The position numbers were made by a program, and so were the translations under genes. From positions 23,460 to 87,459 of the IMG/VR virus record IMGVR_UViG_3300015360_000029: a stretch of 64,000 bases of DNA; one strand, written 5' to 3'. The notes beneath the pieces are model-generated. The model was not told the DNA's origin. It did no database searches and worked only from the letters and a program-made list of their open reading frames with translations. Within the stretch, counting starts at the first letter, position 1; each line of letters begins with the position of its first letter. The DNA is from a virus. Positions 57,856 to 64,000 of the stretch are shown here, piece by piece.

Positions 57856-57863
57856 TATAAATA
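57856..57863 (+). promoter_or_regulatory. T4-type late promoter TATAAATA
   Basis: Exact consensus upstream of the tail fibre gene with RBS AGGAG. Confidence 0.82.
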
Positions 57864-57890
57864 CCGTCTGAACAACTAGGAGTTCTCCTT

Positions 57891-60800
57891 ATGCTTACTG
57901 ACGGTATTCAATTCATCGAAGGTTCGAACGTTTCGAATCTCACCATTGCTGCAGGCACAGTTTTCCCAAGTTCGCCTTCTGCAGGCGAACTTTTCTATCG
58001 TACTGATAATCAGGCGATGTACATTTCGAACGGAAGTATTTGGAGCGTCGCAGGCGCTGGTTCCGTTACTTCGATTCAAGCTGCTGGCGGCTCAACGGGT
58101 CTTTCGTTCTCAGGTGGCCCAATCTCTACATCCGGTACTTTGACACTTTCAGGTATCCTTGCTCTGGCAAATGGCGGTACAGGCGCAACGACGCAATCAG
58201 GCGCAGCAAATGCAATTCTTCCGTCGCAGGCCGCCGCAAGCGGGATGTATTTGACTTCAAACGGCAGCACAGTATCATGGGCATCGGTCGCTGGTGGCAC
58301 AAGTGCTGGTAGTGCTCTGACAGGTACTTCACTCGCTTCGAACATCGTTACTTCGTCATTGACGTCTGTTGGCACGATCACGACTGGTACTTGGTCTGGT
58401 CTGTTCGGTGCCGTCTCAGGCGCGAACTTGACTACGCTGAACGCATCAAATCTGTCTTCAGGTACAGTTGGCACAGCGCGTCTTGGATCTGGCACAGCAA
58501 ATTCAACTACGTATCTTCGCGGTGATGGCACATGGGCTACTGCTGGAACTGGTGATGCCGGTTCCTTGACAGGCACGACACTTGCAGCGAACGTTGTTAC
58601 TTCGTCATTGACGTCCGTTGGCACACTATCGTCGCTGACAGTAAGCGGTTCTACAACGCTCGGTACTGCGTACACAGAATCTGCAGTATCGATTACAGCA
58701 GCAGCGACAACGAATTTGAACTGCGCCCTTGGAAATATCTTTTCGATCGCTCTTGGTACCGCAATTACTTCACTTACGTTCTCGAACATTCCTGCATCAG
58801 GTCGCGTGTACTCAGCAACACTGTTCATTACACAAGGTGCAGGTGGTAGCTTCTCGGTCACATGGCCCGGAAGCATTCAATGGGCTGGCAACGTTGCTCC
58901 GGTTCTCGCAACTGTTACAGGTCGCACTGACATCATAACTCTGGTTACTCGCGATGCTGGTGCCTCGTGGAACGGGCTTGCAGCTGACACTGCAGCAGTG
59001 TTCGGTGCAGGAGATTTGTCAGGTACAACACTTGCAGCGAACATTGTCTCTTCGTCATTGACGTCTGTTGGCACTCTGTCTTCATTGGCTGTCACTGGCG
59101 GTATCACTGGTGCTTCGTTCACCGGTGCGCATTCTGGCTCAGGTGATGGTTTGACTGGGACAGCTTCAGGTCTCAGCATTGGTGGTAATGCTGCAACGGC
59201 TACGACAGCCACAACAGCAACATCTGCTACAACAGCAACATCTGCTACAACAGCAACATCTGCTACAACAGCAGGCACGGTCAGTACCGCAGCACAACCA
59301 ACAATTACTTCTGTTGGTACATTGACTTCATTGGCTGTCACTGGGAACATCACAGCCGCAGAACCAACAACGAATACTCATCTCGCCACGAAATTCTATG
59401 TCGACAGCCTAGTTCAAGGGCTGACATGGAAGACTGCAGCTCGTGTTGCAACGACTGCGGACATCATCTTGTCAGGCACACAAACAATCGATGGCGTTGC
59501 TGTCGTCGCTGGCAATCGTGTTCTTGTCAAAAATGAGACAACCCCAGCTTCGAACGGCGTGTACGTTGTCGCAGCTGGCGCATGGACACGATCAATCGAC
59601 ATGGACGGCTCGCCAGACGTAGGTGAAGTAAACGGTGCTGCAGTCTACATCACTGATGGTACAACGAACGGTGACACCACTTGGACACAAACAGCGACGA
59701 TCGTGACCGTCGGCACTGAAGCAATGGTGTTCGCACAGCTTTCAGGTGCTGGTGGAGGTTCAACTTCAGCTTCAACTTTGACAGGCACGACACTTGCAGC
59801 GAACGTTGTCTCTTCTTCATTGACGTCCGTTGGCACGATCACGACTGGCACTTGGTCTGGTCTGTTCGGTTCAGTCTCAGGTGCAAGCTTGACTGCACTG
59901 AACGCATCAAATCTGTCTTCAGGTACAGTTGGCACAGCACGTCTTGGAACTGGCACAGCGAGTTCAACTACGTATCTTCGTGGTGATGGCACATGGGCTA
60001 CTGCTGCTGGCGGCGCTGGCACGTTCAACTGGACTGGACGAAATGAATTCGTTTCTACAGGCGGAGTGATTTCTTCATCCAATTCCTCCCCATTGATCGC
60101 TTGGTCGACTGGTGGAGCGAATGGCTCGTTCATGGTGTTCGAGCGCAGCGGTTCGTTCTCATTCAACATGGGTGTCGATACGGACAACATCTTCAAGATC
60201 GGCGGAAACGGGTTAGGCACATTGCTCACACTGGCACCGACGACCGGGAATGTTGTGATTACTGGCACTGTGTCTGGATCGAGCTTCATCGGTTCAGGTG
60301 CAAGCTTGACTGCACTGAACGCATCAAATCTGTCTTCAGGTACAGTTGGCACAGCACGTCTTGGAACTGGCACTGCTGACAGCACAACGTATCTTCGTGG
60401 TGATGGCACATGGTCTACAGTCTCAGGTTCAAGTGCTGGTAGCACTTTGACAGGTACTTCGCTTGCCGCGAACATCGTATCTTCGTCATTGACATCTGTA
60501 GGCACCCTGTCTTCACTTGCAGTGACCGGTACTACCACGTCCACTGGCGCAACGAACCTAGCTGGAGCATCTTCACCACTTCAAGTTGGTGGTTCTGCTG
60601 GTACATCTGGACAAGTGTTGACATCTGCAGGTTCTGGTACTACACCAACTTGGACAACAAGTACTGGTGCAAGCCTTTCAGGTACGAATGCTTGGACTAT
60701 TAGGAATACGTTTACTACTAGCGGTTCAATAGGCACTGCTACGAATACTGAAACTTCATTCTTGAGACTTGCAGCCGCATCTGGAAATTCAACATTCATT

Positions 60801-61898
60801 GGGTTCGAGCGTGTTGGGCAGTATGCTATCAACTTCGGCCTCGATACTGACAACACGTTTAAACTTGGTGGCTGGTCACAAGGCACTGGTTCGTTCCGTT
60901 GGACTTCTGATTCTTCTGGGAACTTCGTTGCACTTGGCACAAGCACAGCAACAAGCTTCATCGGTTCAGGTGCAAGCTTGACTGCACTGAACGCATCGAA
61001 CTTGTCATCAGGCACAGTTGGAACAGCGCGTCTTGGAACTGGCACTGCGAGCTCAACAACGTATCTTCGTGGTGATGGAGCATGGGTAGGACTTGGTGGC
61101 AGTGGCACGAATTCGTGGCTCGGCACGAATTCATTTACCACGACTGGGGCTGTTGGAACTTCTACGAATACAGAAACTCAGTTCGTCAGAATAGCATCAA
61201 ACGGTTCTCAAGCGGCAATGATTGGTTTCGAGCGCCCATCACTTTACGCTATCAACTTCGGCCTCGATACTGACAACACGTTTAAACTTGGTGGCTGGTC
61301 ACAAGGCACAAGTGTGTTCCGTTGGACTTCTGATTCTTCTGGGAACTTCGTTGCACTTGGTTCCATCACGGCTGGAACCAGCATCGCAACTGGCACAGCT
61401 GTCACATCTACAGTTACATCATCGAGTTTCAGATTTAACGGGACTTTCACCTCGACATCGCTCACTAATAGCATCTATCAGGCAGAAGCAAGCAGTATTT
61501 CTATTGCTACGAACGGTAGCGAACGTATTCGCGTTAAGAGTACTGGGCGTATTGATTTTTTGACAGGTGTGACTGATAGAAAGAATTCTCTTGCTTTCTC
61601 AGCAACACCGACTCTAGAAGCAAGTTCTGGGAACACATGGGCACCTACGCTGACTGCCAATATTACAGCAATCACGTTCGGAACTATTCCTGTCGCTGGC
61701 GGCGTGTTTTCGCTGACGTTGTATCTGACGCAAGACGCGACGGGCTCACGAACAGTGACTTGGCCTGCCGCAGTTCGATGGTCTGGCGGTGTTGCACCAA
61801 CACTCACAACTACAGCGAACAAGACTGACATCATCACCATCGTTACACATGATGGTGGATCTATTTGGTACGGGCGCGTTGTTGGCCTGAACTTCTAA
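57891..61898 (+). CDS. Long tail fibre protein with modular repeats
   Basis: Repeated LNASNLSSGTVGTARLG..TYLRGDG.W, SSLTSVGTL and ATKFYVD; LTQDATGSRTVTWP C-terminal domain. Confidence 0.88.
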   Translation: MLTDGIQFIEGSNVSNLTIAAGTVFPSSPSAGELFYRTDNQAMYISNGSIWSVAGAGSVTSIQAAGGSTGLSFSGGPISTSGTLTLSGILALANGGTGATTQSGAANAILPSQAAASGMYLTSNGSTVSWASVAGGTSAGSALTGTSLASNIVTSSLTSVGTITTGTWSGLFGAVSGANLTTLNASNLSSGTVGTARLGSGTANSTTYLRGDGTWATAGTGDAGSLTGTTLAANVVTSSLTSVGTLSSLTVSGSTTLGTAYTESAVSITAAATTNLNCALGNIFSIALGTAITSLTFSNIPASGRVYSATLFITQGAGGSFSVTWPGSIQWAGNVAPVLATVTGRTDIITLVTRDAGASWNGLAADTAAVFGAGDLSGTTLAANIVSSSLTSVGTLSSLAVTGGITGASFTGAHSGSGDGLTGTASGLSIGGNAATATTATTATSATTATSATTATSATTAGTVSTAAQPTITSVGTLTSLAVTGNITAAEPTTNTHLATKFYVDSLVQGLTWKTAARVATTADIILSGTQTIDGVAVVAGNRVLVKNETTPASNGVYVVAAGAWTRSIDMDGSPDVGEVNGAAVYITDGTTNGDTTWTQTATIVTVGTEAMVFAQLSGAGGGSTSASTLTGTTLAANVVSSSLTSVGTITTGTWSGLFGSVSGASLTALNASNLSSGTVGTARLGTGTASSTTYLRGDGTWATAAGGAGTFNWTGRNEFVSTGGVISSSNSSPLIAWSTGGANGSFMVFERSGSFSFNMGVDTDNIFKIGGNGLGTLLTLAPTTGNVVITGTVSGSSFIGSGASLTALNASNLSSGTVGTARLGTGTADSTTYLRGDGTWSTVSGSSAGSTLTGTSLAANIVSSSLTSVGTLSSLAVTGTTTSTGATNLAGASSPLQVGGSAGTSGQVLTSAGSGTTPTWTTSTGASLSGTNAWTIRNTFTTSGSIGTATNTETSFLRLAAASGNSTFIGFERVGQYAINFGLDTDNTFKLGGWSQGTGSFRWTSDSSGNFVALGTSTATSFIGSGASLTALNASNLSSGTVGTARLGTGTASSTTYLRGDGAWVGLGGSGTNSWLGTNSFTTTGAVGTSTNTETQFVRIASNGSQAAMIGFERPSLYAINFGLDTDNTFKLGGWSQGTSVFRWTSDSSGNFVALGSITAGTSIATGTAVTSTVTSSSFRFNGTFTSTSLTNSIYQAEASSISIATNGSERIRVKSTGRIDFLTGVTDRKNSLAFSATPTLEASSGNTWAPTLTANITAITFGTIPVAGGVFSLTLYLTQDATGSRTVTWPAAVRWSGGVAPTLTTTANKTDIITIVTHDGGSIWYGRVVGLNF
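59211..59273 (+). repeat. 18-bp tandem repeat (TTATSA) x3.5
   Basis: ACAACAGCAACATCTGCT repeated. Confidence 0.9.
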
Positions 61899-61906
61899 GG
61901 ACGCAT

Positions 61907-62800
61907 ATGTTCACAGTTCGTCATGTCAAGAAGCGTCGTGTGTACACTGATCCGCCAGAACAGGCTGCTGGGCCTGGCGGATCCATTTACACTGCAGATG
62001 GTGATTTCGTAGTTCCGAATGGAGTGTTCTTTATTCATGCTGTTGCAGTAGGTGGCGGTGGCGGTGGTCGCGATGGCGGAACTGGAAATCAAATGGGTGG
62101 CGGCGGCGCTGGCCTTAGGTACATCAATAATCTACCAGTCACGCCAGGAGAAACTATCTCAGTTATCGTTGGTGCCGCTGGATACAGAATTTCCACTGGG
62201 AATTCAGTTTCCGGTGGAGATTCTGAATTGCGTCGTTCTGGGACGCTGTTGCTTCGTGGTGGTGGTGGTTCAGTTTCTCCAGGTCAAAACCAAGTGGCGT
62301 CTGGCGGAACTGGTTCTTCTACCGGGGCTGGTCCACAAGGTGGAACTGTTGGAGGCGGAAATGGCGGAATTGGTGGCCCAACAGGTGACGTATTCGGTAC
62401 TGGCGGCGGTGGCGCGGGCGGGTACTCTGGTAATGGTGGTGCCGGTGGGACTTCAAACTTCAGCACAGGCGCCCGCTTAACCACTGCTGGTGCCGGTGGC
62501 GGTGGCGGTGGCGGTGGCGGCACTGGTGCAGGCGCTCAGGGCGGCGGTGGTGTCGGTCTAATCGCTCAGGGCGGTAACGGTTCTGCTGGCACATCTGGTG
62601 GCGGTGGCGGTGGCGGTTCTGGGGGTGCGAACGGCGGGAACAACAGCGTCGGTCAATATCAGGGCGGCGCCTATGGTGGTGGCGGTGGAGGTTGGCGCGG
62701 CAGCAACGCCGGCAGCGTCGCGTCTGCTTGCCTTGCTGGTGCTGGTGCAGTTCGCATCATCTGGGGTTCTGGACGTTCGTATCCAACGAACTCGGCTTAA
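61907..62800 (+). CDS. Glycine-rich fibre-tip/adhesin-like protein
   Basis: FVVPNGV..I.AVAVGGGGGG; many poly-Gly runs; ends GAVRIIWG. Confidence 0.8.
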   Translation: MFTVRHVKKRRVYTDPPEQAAGPGGSIYTADGDFVVPNGVFFIHAVAVGGGGGGRDGGTGNQMGGGGAGLRYINNLPVTPGETISVIVGAAGYRISTGNSVSGGDSELRRSGTLLLRGGGGSVSPGQNQVASGGTGSSTGAGPQGGTVGGGNGGIGGPTGDVFGTGGGGAGGYSGNGGAGGTSNFSTGARLTTAGAGGGGGGGGGTGAGAQGGGGVGLIAQGGNGSAGTSGGGGGGGSGGANGGNNSVGQYQGGAYGGGGGGWRGSNAGSVASACLAGAGAVRIIWGSGRSYPTNSA

Positions 62801-62856
62801 GTACTTGAACCTAGGTTTTCCGAACACGAATTCCTAGGTTGTGTTACTATCCTTGT

Positions 62857-63120
62857 ATGAACACACCTGGATACATGGTTTACTGGTTCGCTCAAGGACC
62901 AGAATGCGAGTTCTTCACATCGACACAGATGTCCGAAGCGCTCGAGCGGATGAACGATCTTCGGAAGAATTCGGAGAACCAGTTCGTCACGTTCGCCTCG
63001 CAGGATTCGAACCGCGTCGGCAAGGATGGTGTCGACAGCATTGTCAACGGGAAGACGCCTGACGGGCATGATTACGAATGGTCGAAGGCTGGTCGAGCTG
63101 GAAAGACACGTCGGAAGTAA
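62857..63120 (+). CDS. Hypothetical protein
   Basis: MNTPGYMVYWF start, just after an extended -10-like TGTTACTAT. Confidence 0.6.
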   Translation: MNTPGYMVYWFAQGPECEFFTSTQMSEALERMNDLRKNSENQFVTFASQDSNRVGKDGVDSIVNGKTPDGHDYEWSKAGRAGKTRRK

Positions 63121-63121
63121 T

Positions 63122-63184
63122 CGTTACAAATTCAGAGCGGCGTTACAAATTCAGGTGAGCAGGAACCTAGGATCGTGTTATAGT
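63122..63184 (+). promoter_or_regulatory. Early/middle promoter with 14-bp direct repeat CGTTACAAATTCAG x2
   Basis: Repeats at 63122-63135 and 63141-63154, then TGAGCA-17-TATAGT with TG extension. Confidence 0.65.
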
Positions 63185-63207
63185 AGCACTATCGACAAGG
63201 AGATCAA

Positions 63208-63651
63208 ATGCTTTACGTGAAATGTCTGAACGGGATTCCGCTGAAGGTCACGGACACTCCCGACCGCGCTGAGATTCAGCGAGACGGATACAACCTGAAG
63301 AACGGTTGGTCGACACGGAACGACTGGACCTCGTTCGAACAAGTTCAGCTCCTGTCACTGTACATCACCGCGATGACCGGCGAAGCTCACTTGCCGACGG
63401 ATGAAGGTTTGAGCTGCTCCCCTCAGTTCGACATCGTGAAGGCACCGAAGGTCGGCGACAAGGTCAGCTACGGTTTCAACGGTGACTACACTCCCGATGG
63501 CGAGATCGTGAAGATCTCGAAGACTTTTCAGGTCACGACCACTTCTGGCAAGACATACCGTCGAAAGGGAACGACGTCACGTTGGTCGCAACCCGGTGGG
63601 ACCTGGGGTCTGGTTCCAGGTCATCGGTCCGAGCGGAACCCGCACTTCTGA
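63208..63651 (+). CDS. Hypothetical protein
   Basis: RBS AAGGAG; 147 aa. Confidence 0.7.
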   Translation: MLYVKCLNGIPLKVTDTPDRAEIQRDGYNLKNGWSTRNDWTSFEQVQLLSLYITAMTGEAHLPTDEGLSCSPQFDIVKAPKVGDKVSYGFNGDYTPDGEIVKISKTFQVTTTSGKTYRRKGTTSRWSQPGGTWGLVPGHRSERNPHF

Positions 63652-63856
63652 TCGACGAGATCGCCGAACCTAGAAAAAGATGAACAGGAAGAACTTCGGA
63701 ATGTTAGAATCGCAGTACCCGGCGAAATCCGGGAAGTAAATAGTCCTGCACCCTGCTCCCAGTGGTCGCCAAGAAAGCCCTAAGAATTCTTGGACCTGTC
63801 AACAATGACAGGTGCCTCATTCCTCCGGTCTCAATAAACCTAGAAAGGTTACAACC

Positions 63857-64000
63857 ATGAAGAAGATTCTCTCCGCTCTCGCCCTCGCAGTGGCAACGTT
63901 CGCAGCTTCGGCTGTTCCTGTTTCAATCACCAGCGGTGCTGGTCTCACCAACATCACGGTCGATCCTGCCACCGGCACCTCAGGTACGTTCACCATCCTC
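63857..64000 (+). CDS. Exported protein, partial (runs off the window)
   Basis: MKKILSALALAVATFAASA signal peptide. Confidence 0.7.
   Translation, partial: MKKILSALALAVATFAASAVPVSITSGAGLTNITVDPATGTSGTFTIL

Noticed and set aside
59211-59273. Short tandem repeats as a CRISPR array
   Set aside because: No spacers; in-frame coding repeats inside the tail fibre; no cas genes
60823-61360. Duplicated fibre segment as a DGR template/variable repeat pair
   Set aside because: Both copies are in-frame in one gene, differences are not adenine-specific, and no reverse transcriptase is seen in the window
58076-61840. Long antisense ORFs opposite the tail fibre (and opposite sheath, capsid and other genes)
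   Set aside because: Shadow frames from codon bias in Gly/Ser/Thr-rich genes; no RBS or motifs
63711-63745. c-di-GMP-I riboswitch
   Set aside because: Only a GAAA-containing hairpin; the GGCAAA and GxCGCAAA junction motifs are not properly present
1-64000. Stop-codon reassignment, tRNA or rRNA genes
   Set aside because: Core genes are intact under code 11; no cloverleaf or rRNA-like sequence recognised in the short intergenic gaps

Overview
This 64-kb window comes from a large T4-like (Tevenvirinae-superfamily-type) myophage genome and uses the standard genetic code. It holds most of the virion module: baseplate gp25/gp5/gp53/gp26/gp51-like genes, neck gp13/gp14, gp15, sheath gp18, tube gp19, portal gp20, protease gp21, scaffold gp22, capsid gp23, gp4, terminase gp16/gp17, a tape-measure-like gene and tail fibres. 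It also holds late sigma gp55, gp47/gp46, endonuclease VII and many (A)TAAATA late promoters. Highlights: (1) a 4-gene putative cytosine-modification operon (flavodoxin-like NAD(P)H reductase, Asp-type thymidylate-synthase homolog, glycosyltransferase, dNMP kinase); (2) a large set of genes starting with a T4-style capsid-targeting peptide and carrying enzymatic cargo (kinase, GNAT, amidoligase, ParB-like), including a 725-aa apparent polyprotein with prohead-protease-type LxE/VxE sites and RMF-like units; (3) two inverted cassette genes with near-identical 5' (97/100 bp) and 3' (~55 bp) ends flanking a 28-kb structural segment whose inversion would restore gp18-gp19 colinearity; (4) a stand-alone family-A/TV-Pol-like polymerase, a degenerate terminase ATPase duplicate, a Trp-poor photolyase next to a pyrimidine-dimer glycosylase, and a phage acyl carrier protein. 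All calls come from motif recognition by eye; no database searches were run.
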